Below are positions 19,306-27,152 of a DNA stretch of 43,736 nt, piece after piece. The notes beneath the pieces were generated by a model. The model worked only from the letters and a program-made list of their open reading frames with translations, did not search any database and had not been told where the DNA came from. Source of the DNA: a virus; UHGV virus genome UHGV-0197631; one strand, written 5' to 3'. The position numbers and the translations under genes are program-made. Every line of letters begins with the position of its first letter. Within the stretch, counting starts at the first letter, position 1.

Positions 19306-19598
19306 ACTTTCAGGCCCCTCTTATGTAACCAGTGGGTTGCACGCAGCCTGGCGTTTTCCTCACCGGCAAGCAGTGAGCGGATAATCCCGACCGCCTCGCT
19401 GTCGTCGTCCTTCACCGCGGTATGAAGCGTGATGCCCCGGGCCACGCCACGCTTTATCGTGATGACGCCTTTTTTCTCCAGTGCGCGAAGATGCTCCACC
19501 GCTGCATTCACTGAACGGTATCCCAGCATGGTTGCCACCTCCTGATTGGTTGGCGGGAAGCCACGTTCTTTCTGATAAGAAATCAGCATATCCAGCAC
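19302..19598 (-). CDS. LexA-N-like winged-helix DNA-binding protein
   Basis: 98 aa; GFPPTNQEVATMLGYRSVNAAVEHLRALEKKGVI resembles the LexA DNA-binding domain; no peptidase domain. Confidence 0.45.
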   Translation of the reverse strand: MLDMLISYQKERGFPPTNQEVATMLGYRSVNAAVEHLRALEKKGVITIKRGVARGITLHTAVKDDDSEAVGIIRSLLAGEENARLRATHWLHKRGLKV

Positions 19599-19624
19599 CT
19601 ACTGCTGGCATTGAGTTAACGTCG

Positions 19625-20278
19625 TCATGCCGCCATCTCCCTGACCAGTTTTTCCGCCTGCTGGCGAACCTGCGCCAGAAAGGCCTCACCACATGCCTCA
19701 AGTTCATCGCGCCCGATATAGCTGATTGCCGATCCCTTCCAGGTCTTATCGAAAACAGCAATAGCACCAGCGAAGAAAGCGCCTGTCGGCACCTGCTTCT
19801 CATCCTTCGGGATAAACCAGACAGGCAGTTCAAAACCAATACGCCCGCGAATAAAAGCAATATGGTCTGCATCTTCCGGCCACCACACTTCGCTGGTGGC
19901 AGCTTTGATCAGGAAAACATAACGCCCGCCCTTATCACGCATGGCACTGGCATGTTTCATGATGTAACGCATGCCGGTGATGTATTGCCCCTCATGCTGA
20001 CTGGCGCGGCTGTATGGGGGATTACCAAAGGCAGCACCTTTAAGCTCCGCAAGACGTTCTGACCAGTCATGCGCCAGCGCGTTGTCTTCCGCCGTGTAAT
20101 ACGCAGCACATTTGGTGTTATCACCGTCAGTGAACAGATCCAGAACAAACGGGCCAAACAGGGTGTTAATTCCCCAGAAAATGTTGTCCGGCGTGCGCCA
20201 CTGATCGCCCACTTCCTTCAGTTCATGGGCTGGTTTGTTCCGCAGTTCCACCAGCGCCTGGCAATATTTATTACTCAT
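19625..20278 (-). CDS. phage N6-adenine DNA methyltransferase (Dam-like, orphan)
   Basis: Contains NPPY-type motif (FGNPPY); start set at MSNKYCQ (ATG 20278), which overlaps the upstream stop as TAATG; no cognate nuclease adjacent. Confidence 0.7.
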   Translation of the reverse strand: MSNKYCQALVELRNKPAHELKEVGDQWRTPDNIFWGINTLFGPFVLDLFTDGDNTKCAAYYTAEDNALAHDWSERLAELKGAAFGNPPYSRASQHEGQYITGMRYIMKHASAMRDKGGRYVFLIKAATSEVWWPEDADHIAFIRGRIGFELPVWFIPKDEKQVPTGAFFAGAIAVFDKTWKGSAISYIGRDELEACGEAFLAQVRQQAEKLVREMAA

Positions 20279-20772
20279 TAAGCCCCCACGTAATTCCCTG
20301 ACAGATACCACTCTTCACCCGATGCAGCGCGCTTGCTGCTTTTCCGTAAGCACCGCTCACGACGCACCAGAAAATTGTTTCGTTCTGGCTGGGAGTGGCT
20401 TTCACGGAATGCCGCCATCCACACGGTTGCAGCACGACGGTATAAGCCCCTGGACTCCAGTTCTTCCGCCTGGCGGGTCAGGCACAAAATCACCCGGGGA
20501 TCGTTAGTGCCGACATAGAAATTGCGCACAGGTCTGGATTCACGAACTGGTTGCGGTTCCGGCTCCTGCGGTATCTCAGTCAGCCGCGGGAAATGTCTGC
20601 GTGTATCCCCTTCACAACGGTGAGCCACACGCCCACTCTGACGTAACTTGCTTGCTGACTGCTGAACGCGCTGCCGCGAGTAACCAGCAAAAGCATCCGC
20701 AATGTCTCCGGAAGTACACCCCGGATTGGCTTCAATGAATTTCTGAACGTCATTTAACAGACTCATGATCAC
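20278..20772 (-). CDS. hypothetical protein with N-terminal winged-helix-like region
   Basis: 164 aa; basic C-terminal half; translationally coupled to both neighbours. Confidence 0.35.
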   Translation of the reverse strand: MIMSLLNDVQKFIEANPGCTSGDIADAFAGYSRQRVQQSASKLRQSGRVAHRCEGDTRRHFPRLTEIPQEPEPQPVRESRPVRNFYVGTNDPRVILCLTRQAEELESRGLYRRAATVWMAAFRESHSQPERNNFLVRRERCLRKSSKRAASGEEWYLSGNYVGA

Positions 20773-21710
20773 CCCCTGAATCCTGCCGGGATCTGGCTGT
20801 AGTCCACGTTGTCGTAACTGGCTTTGAAGTACGGGTCTTCACGTTTTTCTGTGTGCGTGCTGACGGACGGCGATAAGCGCAGGGAAAGCTCATCCCATTT
20901 TTCCCGCAACTTCGACGGGCTGAGCACGTTACGGCACCAGAACGGATCGCGGCTGACGCGGCTGTACATCTCGCAGATTTGTTTGTGAGTACGACCATCC
21001 TGCACACACATCAGGCGAATTTCGTTTGCCCAGGCTGTCCAGTTAGGTTCTTTGGGACGAACCACCTCGCCGTCACATTCGGCGGCCTGCTCGTACAGGG
21101 CGATGATTTTTTTCCAGAGCCACTGTGCGCAGGTCAAATCATCCTGCGTTCCCCACTGGCGCTTTTTAGAGCTGAATACAACCGCATCAGGATGACGAGT
21201 TAAAAAATCCTGTTCATCCTTCTTCATGTCCGGTTGCGAAGCGTCCGGACGAGAAGTTTTTTTATCTGACGGATCATGTTTTGATTTTACTGACGGATCC
21301 CCGCCAGATTCTGACGGGTGAAAACCCGCTTTTTTGCCAGATTTCGACGCATCAAATTTTGACGGGTCAGATTTTGATGCGTCAGATTTTGACGGGTCAG
21401 AATCTGACAGTTGAGAAAATGCCGCTGCCTGAAGCTTCGCAACGTTAAGCTGATAAACATTCGACGCATTGCGGTTACCCTGGCGACGCGCCTTACGCGT
21501 TAACCAGCCTTCTGCTTCCAGCCGTGCGATAGCCGTTCTGACGGTACTCATCCCCGCGCCAATCTGGCGGGCAATGGTTTCAATTGATGGCCAGCACACA
21601 CCTTCGTCATTACTGAAATCAGCCAGGCGGGCCATAATTGCCACGCTGGATAACTTCATGCCTGACGCAGCGCAACCATCCCATACATAGCCGGTTAATT
21701 TAGTGCTCAT
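20769..21710 (-). CDS. replication initiation protein (HTH N-terminal domain, iteron-containing)
   Basis: 313 aa; N-terminal HTH (SSVAIMARLADFSNDEGVCWPSIETIARQIGAGMSTVRTAIARLEAEGW); repetitive SDPSKSDASKSDPSK peptide encoded by DNA iterons; lambda O-like position after cro/cII. Confidence 0.6.
   Translation of the reverse strand: MSTKLTGYVWDGCAASGMKLSSVAIMARLADFSNDEGVCWPSIETIARQIGAGMSTVRTAIARLEAEGWLTRKARRQGNRNASNVYQLNVAKLQAAAFSQLSDSDPSKSDASKSDPSKFDASKSGKKAGFHPSESGGDPSVKSKHDPSDKKTSRPDASQPDMKKDEQDFLTRHPDAVVFSSKKRQWGTQDDLTCAQWLWKKIIALYEQAAECDGEVVRPKEPNWTAWANEIRLMCVQDGRTHKQICEMYSRVSRDPFWCRNVLSPSKLREKWDELSLRLSPSVSTHTEKREDPYFKASYDNVDYSQIPAGFRG
21255..21415. repeat. iterons (direct repeats of ~18 bp, GATTTTGACGGGTCAGA-like): candidate origin of replication
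   Basis: At least 5 tandem degenerate copies (tcaaattttgacgggtcag / attttgatgcgtcag / attttgacgggtcag / atctgacggatc...) inside the replication protein gene. Confidence 0.55.
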
Positions 21711-22058
21711 GACCGACCTCTATTTCCCTGAATTTACGACGAAACTGTTCGAGCGGGCTGAAGCACTCATGCTCATAGCCTTCGCGGAGGTAGATAACCC
21801 GTTGTGTTTCCGGCTCCCAACGAATGACTCTGACGGGTACTCCGTAGTGATCTTTGAACCAGCGGTTAACTTGTCGCAAAGGACTGTCTCCTTCTGCCGG
21901 TTGAAATCACCCACAGCCCACTCAGCAAAGCTGTGGGTTACAATTTCCCTGTCACCTGGTACATTAACTGCATAGCAATACTCCACCTTCGCTTTTCCAC
22001 CCGGTACAGGAAGCGCAATCAGTTGCGAGCGACGGTAGTGTGTTGTTAAACTGTTCAT
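21700..22058 (-). pseudogene. frameshifted small gene upstream of the replication gene
   Basis: N-terminal part in one frame ([10 protein letters not shown]...AEWAVGDF); protein-like continuation in another frame (...[56 protein letters not shown]) that ends overlapping the replication gene ATG; the original frame decays into Ser-rich low complexity. Confidence 0.4.
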
Positions 22059-22684
22059 GCGTTAGTTTCTCCACAGTCACGACACGCCACGGCGCCCGGA
22101 GCTGCACACTCGCGGGCGTCATTACTTTCTGAAATGCAAAAGATTTTGTAGACCAGTGCTGCATGCTCCTGCAGCTTCGAAATTGAGAGATACAGCTCGT
22201 CGTTAATTGCTGTCTGCTCGTGTGGCTCCACTACCCCATCTTCGATTGCCGAACGAATCTGCTTTGAGTAACTCCCGATCTGTTCGATGACTTCCAGCAG
22301 GCGCTGGTTTATATCGGCGTTCTCTACTTCCTCAATTTCAGGAAGCGATACGAACACCCCACCAGCAGACTGTGCGACAGCATCCGCAATGTAGTGAGTG
22401 CCAGCTGCGCGCTGTAAAACCATTGCCCATCCCAGCGGGAAAATCTGATCGCCATCGGCACGAAGGCGGTTAAATAATGCGTTCTCTGTTACATCCAGCC
22501 AGTCAGCAGCTTCAGCGTAACCACCCGGCAACGCCGCGATAGTTTTTCTGACAGCTTTCACGTACCACTCAGGCTGTTTTTCTACTTTCCAGTGATGCTT
22601 ACCCACGGTTAACTCCTCGTTTCTGTGGTTACGTTTACGCAACTGAACCGCTAACTTTTGAATAGCACTCTGGTAATCCATCAT
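22055..22684 (-). CDS. phage regulatory protein (CII/YdaT-like position), identity uncertain
   Basis: Long ORF downstream of cro; start tentatively at MMDYQ (ATG 22684); position corresponds to cII/ydaT of lambdoid and Rac-type prophages. Confidence 0.35.
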   Translation of the reverse strand: MMDYQSAIQKLAVQLRKRNHRNEELTVGKHHWKVEKQPEWYVKAVRKTIAALPGGYAEAADWLDVTENALFNRLRADGDQIFPLGWAMVLQRAAGTHYIADAVAQSAGGVFVSLPEIEEVENADINQRLLEVIEQIGSYSKQIRSAIEDGVVEPHEQTAINDELYLSISKLQEHAALVYKIFCISESNDARECAAPGAVACRDCGETNA

Positions 22685-22898
22685 TTGGATTTGGATAAAT
22701 ATCAGGACGCAGCTCATGGGGGGTTACGGACCAGTTCCCCAGCTCACAAAGTTGTAAAACTCGTTCCGACGGGACTTGATTGTTAATTACCCAATTAGCG
22801 ACAGATTGAGTAGATTTAAAACCAAAGCGACGAGCTACTTCAGATAAAGACTTTCCCGCAGCCTTTACTGCTTTCTCGGTGTAGTTTTGAGATGACAT
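22635..22898 (-). CDS. cro: Cro-like HTH repressor
   Basis: 87 aa HTH protein divergent from the cI gene across an operator-containing intergenic region. Confidence 0.65.
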   Translation of the reverse strand: MSSQNYTEKAVKAAGKSLSEVARRFGFKSTQSVANWVINNQVPSERVLQLCELGNWSVTPHELRPDIYPNPNDGLPECYSKVSGSVA

Positions 22899-22930
22899 AT
22901 CTTTCTCCTCTGAAATCCAGAGGGGATAAT

Positions 22931-22968
22931 GCTACTTAAAGTAGCAAATTGCAACTACTTAAAATAGA
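22931..22968. promoter_or_regulatory. OR-like operator region (17-bp palindrome TGCTACTTAAAGTAGCA plus degenerate copy)
   Basis: Perfect 17-bp palindrome at 22930-22946 and related CTACTTAAAATAG 20 bp downstream, between divergent cro and cI. Confidence 0.5.
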
Positions 22969-22969
22969 A

Positions 22970-23710
22970 ATGACGAGCGTATGTGATGTGAGTAATCTTC
23001 TACCTATGGTAGAAGAACAGAAGTATCCAGATTTCGCCAAGAGACTAAACGAGTTAATGACAAACAAGGGAATTTCTGTCACCCAACTCAAAAGTCTTGT
23101 TGGCGTTACATATGAAATGGCGCGGCGATACACAATCGGCGCAGCGAAGCCTCGTGCCTCTGTCATGAATAAACTTGCGTTGGCTCTGGGGGTATCGGCT
23201 TCATATTTAGAATATGGTGTTGGCGAGAGAGAAGGATGTAAGGAAATGGCAAGCATCCCCAATCCAACAAAACCCGACGTATACAGGATAGAAGTTTTAG
23301 ATCTTAGCGTTAGCGCAGGACCTGGAACCTATATGCTTTCAGACTATGTTGATGTGCTCTACGCCATTGAGTTCACAACAGAACATGCCCGTTCTCTTTT
23401 CGGTAACCGTTCTCAGGATGATATTAAGGTTATGACTGTAAATGGCGATAGTATGTCCCCTACTCTCGTTTCCGGAGATCGACTGTTTGTCGACATTTCT
23501 GTTCGTCACTTCCAGACTGATGGAATTTACTCTTTCGTTTACGGTAAGACTTTTCATGTTAAACGTCTTCAAATGCAAGGTGACAAGCTAGCCGTTCTTT
23601 CGGATAACCCTGCCTATGAGAAATGGTACATCGATGAAAAATCGCAGGATCAGCTTTATGTAATGGGCAAGGCGTTGATTCATGAGTCAATAAAATACAA
23701 TCGGTTATAG
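22970..23710 (+). CDS. cI: CI-type repressor (HTH_XRE + S24 LexA-like peptidase domain)
   Basis: N-terminal HTH, C-terminal Ser/Lys dyad context (NGDSMSPT ... HVKRL); ORF opens at TTG 22949, ATG candidates at 22970 and 23006. Confidence 0.75.
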   Translation: MTSVCDVSNLLPMVEEQKYPDFAKRLNELMTNKGISVTQLKSLVGVTYEMARRYTIGAAKPRASVMNKLALALGVSASYLEYGVGEREGCKEMASIPNPTKPDVYRIEVLDLSVSAGPGTYMLSDYVDVLYAIEFTTEHARSLFGNRSQDDIKVMTVNGDSMSPTLVSGDRLFVDISVRHFQTDGIYSFVYGKTFHVKRLQMQGDKLAVLSDNPAYEKWYIDEKSQDQLYVMGKALIHESIKYNRL

Positions 23711-23725
23711 TTCTAAGGGCATATA

Positions 23726-24073
23726 ATGGCTAGTGAGCAGGGATTCGAAAAGATTAACATGGATATGTTGGTCTCTTATTTCTCAGAAAAGAATATATAT
23801 CTAAAATGTACACTATGTGGACACGACAGATTGACTGTGCCTCAAGTCAGCGCGAATGTGGGCATGCCATGTACTATGAAACTTGGTAGTTATGTGAATG
23901 TTTTTACTGAAAAAAGCATTTATTCTGATACTGCTAACCAGTATTACTTTTCACTAATATGCAACAATTGTGGAAATGAAATTCATATAAATGCGTTTTC
24001 AGTTTTGAACTGGGTAAATGAAAAGTTCCCAGCAAAAACGGAAGATGAAAAAAATGCCGACGCCGCAAAATAA
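23726..24073 (+). CDS. hypothetical zinc-ribbon-like protein in the rexA-equivalent slot
   Basis: 115 aa; two CxxC pairs (CTLCGH ... CNNCGNE); AT-rich; 16 nt downstream of cI on the same strand. Confidence 0.45.
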   Translation: MASEQGFEKINMDMLVSYFSEKNIYLKCTLCGHDRLTVPQVSANVGMPCTMKLGSYVNVFTEKSIYSDTANQYYFSLICNNCGNEIHINAFSVLNWVNEKFPAKTEDEKNADAAK

Positions 24074-24425
24074 TGTAGTACCATTTAATAGTGAACTTCC
24101 CACAATTAGAAGACACGGTGGAGATGGCGGAGGTGATGACATGCTTGAAGCCCGAGTCGCTAAGTTAGAAGCGAATGTTGAGGATATAAAAACAAATCTC
24201 GCAGAGATGAGAGCTGACATTCGTGATTTGCGAAACGCTCTCTCCGACACCCGACGCGATGTCGCTGTTATCCTTCAAAAACAAATAGATATAGATGAAA
24301 AGTTGTCAAAAAAACCTAGCCTAAGTGAAGTCAACAGCGCTATTTCATCAGCCGTAAATAAACAGATCGCATGGACTGTTGCAACAGGCTTGGCGATTTT
24401 AGGTCTCGCCAAATTTATGTTTTGA
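24045..24425 (+). CDS. hypothetical coiled-coil protein with C-terminal transmembrane anchor (rexB-equivalent slot)
   Basis: Start at MKKMPTPQ overlapping the upstream stop; central heptad-like region (LEARVAKLEANVEDIKTNLAEMRADIRDLRNAL); C-terminal IAWTVATGLAILGLAKFMF. Confidence 0.45.
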   Translation: MKKMPTPQNNVVPFNSELPTIRRHGGDGGGDDMLEARVAKLEANVEDIKTNLAEMRADIRDLRNALSDTRRDVAVILQKQIDIDEKLSKKPSLSEVNSAISSAVNKQIAWTVATGLAILGLAKFMF

Positions 24426-24756
24426 TAAGTTTTTGACTATGACCTGCCCTAGTTTTCTTACTATCGAGGCTAAATCACACAATCCATTGAGTAGTAAATT
24501 CCCTACCGTTTTACACTTAGCCTCCAAAAACTCAACAATACTCTCATGATTGACTTCTCCCCACTTGATGATTAACTAGATCACATACTGATCTCAGCCA
24601 CAATGAAACAATCCATCACGTTCTACAACTCAGCTAACTTCACAATATAATTTTTTGATCATAGCCCCCAAAATATTTTACCTGTAAATTCAATGAATTA
24701 ATTTCAAAATGCGTTTTCATGCCCTTAACTTCTACTTTTTGTAGTTGATTTTTGCA

Positions 24757-24773
24757 ACTTTAAGTAGCAATAT
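24757..24773. promoter_or_regulatory. OL-like operator copy
   Basis: TGCAACTTTAAGTAGCA matches the OR palindrome TGCTACTTAAAGTAGCA at 15 of 17 positions (right half-site identical), ~1.8 kb from OR. Confidence 0.4.
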
Positions 24774-24896
24774 CATTTTACCGACAACGAACAGGCAGGA
24801 CGCCCACGAAGTAGCCGCTTGGGGCATATGAAGTCCAGGATGACTCGTTGAGTCATGTTGTGCCACTAGGCACTCATGTTAAAGCAGGTGTATGAA

Positions 24897-25172
24897 ATGA
24901 AAGTCCAGATTTTAAACAATAACTGTGAAGTCGTTTGGTCATACGACATAGCCGCCCCTGTAGATCAGAGCGGCGATAGCTGGACCAATGGGAAACATCA
25001 GATTATGGCTGGAGTTGTGTTCTCTTTACGCCGTGCTTTGGAACAGGCTGAAGTATTTCCATCAGACCCTGAATGGAAATGGCCTTTTTCTATTTGTCCA
25101 AATTCGGAGAGCACATTTCAGAAAATTGGTCAGAAAGTCGCACTCGAAGAGCATCAGCCAACTGTTTCCTGA
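24897..25172 (+). CDS. hypothetical protein (first ORF downstream of OL-like operator)
   Basis: Start MKVQILNN with AGGTG upstream; overlaps convergent ORF 25090..25335, so one of the two may be spurious. Confidence 0.3.
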   Translation: MKVQILNNNCEVVWSYDIAAPVDQSGDSWTNGKHQIMAGVVFSLRRALEQAEVFPSDPEWKWPFSICPNSESTFQKIGQKVALEEHQPTVS

Positions 25173-25335
25173 TTTTTTCAGGTAACTCGTCGGCATCGCA
25201 GAAACAACAACGCTCGATCATGTTGAAAGCCGATTCGTAGAACTGTTTCTGCTGAGTGTCGCTGAGACAGGAAAAGAGCGACGTTACGATGATTTTATTA
25301 ATTGCATTATCAAGTTCTTTTTCATCAAAAGTCAT
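25090..25335 (-). CDS. hypothetical acidic protein
   Basis: 81 aa; AGGAAA Shine-Dalgarno 8 nt upstream of ATG 25335. Confidence 0.35.
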   Translation of the reverse strand: MTFDEKELDNAINKIIVTSLFSCLSDTQQKQFYESAFNMIERCCFCDADELPEKIRKQLADALRVRLSDQFSEMCSPNLDK

Positions 25336-25591
25336 TTGATTTTCCTTTTATGTATACGGGCTTAAAAGGATACCACCGAGCCTGAAGTGGTGAAAAGACA
25401 GGCACATAACAGCTAAGTATTTTCAACCAAAGAGAATCCTTAGCGTTGTGGTGAATGCGGCTCAGCGCACGCGGGTTAAGGTTGAGGCTGACAGTCGACC
25501 TTCTGTGGATACCCACCCGCCTGGTGTGCAACCTTCGCCAGGCACCGGGAGGCACCCGGCACCACAACTTTATGCTGTGTGTAGTCTTGGC

Positions 25592-25635
25592 GGTACCAGC
25601 TTGTACCCTTGCTTCCGGCTGGTACCGTCCTTTTT
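25592..25635 (+). terminator. intrinsic terminator-like hairpin in PL-side operon
   Basis: GGTACCAGC ...17 nt... GCTGGTACC perfect 9-bp stem followed by GTCCTTTTT. Confidence 0.45.
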
Positions 25636-25723
25636 ACAAAACAGAGAAGAGCATCACCGGACGACGGGCTCATAACCCAATCCATCCGGGCGGCAGTCAC
25701 CGCAGGTGTTCTTCTCTGTTTTG
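25636..25723. repeat. perfect 15-bp inverted repeat enclosing 58 nt (ACAAAACAGAGAAGA ... TCTTCTCTGTTTTGT)
   Basis: Read directly from sequence; lies in a GC-rich non-coding block 25340-25754. Confidence 0.6.
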
Positions 25724-25772
25724 TGGAGAAACTAACCGACCTTGCAGGGTCGATATGATGAGGAGCAGCAAA

Positions 25773-26135
25773 ATGGCTAGCGAACGCAGTACTGATGTGC
25801 AGGCATTTATCGGGGAGCTGGACGGCGGCGTATTTGAAACCAAAATCGGCGCAGTTCTCAGTGAAGTCGCTTCCGGTGTGATGAACACGAAAACCAAAGG
25901 TAAGGTCTCACTCAACCTGGAAATCGAACCGTTTGATGAGAACCGAGTGAAAATCAAACACAAACTCTCATATGTTCGCCCGACTAACCGCGGGAAAATT
26001 TCCGAAGAAGACACCACCGAAACGCCGATGTATGTCAATCGCGGTGGTCGCCTGACTATTCTGCAGGAAGACCAGGGACAGTTACTGACTCTTGCCGGTG
26101 AACCTGACGGAAAACTCCGCGCAGCAGGTCGTTAA
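25773..26135 (+). CDS. hypothetical prophage protein (YfdP-like position)
   Basis: 120 aa from MASERS with AGGAG Shine-Dalgarno 8 nt upstream; the longer upstream extension of the ORF is not protein-like. Confidence 0.55.
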   Translation: MASERSTDVQAFIGELDGGVFETKIGAVLSEVASGVMNTKTKGKVSLNLEIEPFDENRVKIKHKLSYVRPTNRGKISEEDTTETPMYVNRGGRLTILQEDQGQLLTLAGEPDGKLRAAGR

Positions 26136-26200
26136 TATCGTTTTTAATTAACTGATTATTTATCTCATCACTGAATATCTTTATATAGTGAGGACTTATT

Positions 26201-27025
26201 ATGTCTCAGAACTTAGACGCAACCGCAATTAATCAAATCCATGCCCTTATTTCTGCTCAGGGTGTTAATGAAATTATCAGTAAGATTGGTGCCGATGCTG
26301 TGGCATTGCCTGAGAATTTCCGCATTCATGATCTGGAAAAATTTAATTTAAATCGCTTCCGTTTCCGTGGTGCGCTTTCCACTGCCAGCATCGATGACTT
26401 TACCCGTTATTCTAAAGATCTTGCAGATGAAGGCACCCGCTGCTTTATCGATGCTGATAATATGCGTGCCGTCAGTGTGCTTAACCTGGGAACTATTGAT
26501 GAACCAGGTCACGCAGATAACACCGCCACACTCAAACTGAAAAAGACAGCACCGTTCTCTGCTCTGTTGTCTGTTAACGGCGAGCGTAACTCCCAGAAGT
26601 CACTGGCAGAATGGATTGAAGACTGGGCCGACTATCTTGTGGGCTTTGATGCTAATGGTGACGCTATTCAGGCAACAAAAGCGGCTGCGGCTGTCCGTAA
26701 AATCACGATTGAAGCAAACCAGACCGCTGATTTTGAAGATAATGACTTCAGCGGCAAACGCTCCCTGATGGAGTCTGTCGAAGCGAAGACCAAAGACATT
26801 ATGCCAGTGGCATTTGAATTTAAATGCGTTCCGTTTGAAGGTCTGAAAGAACGTCCGTTTAAATTACGCCTCAGTATTATCACTGGCGATCGTCCTGTAC
26901 TGGTTCTACGCATTATTCAGCTGGAGGCGGTGCAGGAAGAAATGGCTAACGAATTTCGTGATCTGCTTGTTGAGAAATTCAAGGACAGCAAAGTAGAAAC
27001 CTTTATTGGTACTTTCACCGCCTGA
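26201..27025 (+). CDS. DUF2303-like prophage protein (YfdQ-like, from memory)
   Basis: 274 aa; length and N-terminus [21 protein letters not shown] match my recollection of CPS-53 YfdQ. Confidence 0.6.
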   Translation: MSQNLDATAINQIHALISAQGVNEIISKIGADAVALPENFRIHDLEKFNLNRFRFRGALSTASIDDFTRYSKDLADEGTRCFIDADNMRAVSVLNLGTIDEPGHADNTATLKLKKTAPFSALLSVNGERNSQKSLAEWIEDWADYLVGFDANGDAIQATKAAAAVRKITIEANQTADFEDNDFSGKRSLMESVEAKTKDIMPVAFEFKCVPFEGLKERPFKLRLSIITGDRPVLVLRIIQLEAVQEEMANEFRDLLVEKFKDSKVETFIGTFTA

Positions 27026-27037
27026 TTTCATTACTGC

Positions 27038-27059
27038 AAATGCCCCTGCGGGGGCATTT
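27038..27059 (+). terminator. hairpin AAATGCCCC tgcg GGGGCATTT
   Basis: Perfect 9-bp stem, 4-nt loop, 12 nt after the stop of the preceding gene. Confidence 0.45.
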
Positions 27060-27152
27060 ATGGAAACGTAATTTACTCAATAATCGCCGGATGGTGAGGG
27101 ATTCTTTTTACCAGAATTCAGCGCGGTGCAGCGCATATACGTGGAGAACAAA

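Noticed and set aside
19360-19872. 170-aa minus-strand ORF overlapping the methyltransferase and LexA-like genes
   Set aside because: Alternative frame of real genes; Arg/Ser-rich low-complexity translation.
23339-23578. Minus-strand ORF inside cI
   Set aside because: Antisense to a well-supported repressor gene with conserved S24 motifs.
24426-24756. Additional gene between the cI-linked module and the OL-like operator
   Set aside because: About 330 bp of AT-rich sequence with no ORF of meaningful length; interpreted as a promoter/operator and terminator region.
25340-25754. Retron msr/msd ncRNA
   Set aside because: Long inverted repeats are present but there is no reverse transcriptase gene adjacent or anywhere in the window; kept only as an unclassified structured element.
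25455-25772. N-terminal 106 codons of ORF 25455..26135 as coding sequence
   Set aside because: Translation is Arg/Cys/Pro-rich and non-protein-like, the region is packed with perfect hairpins, and a strong AGGAG ribosome-binding site precedes the internal ATG at 25773.
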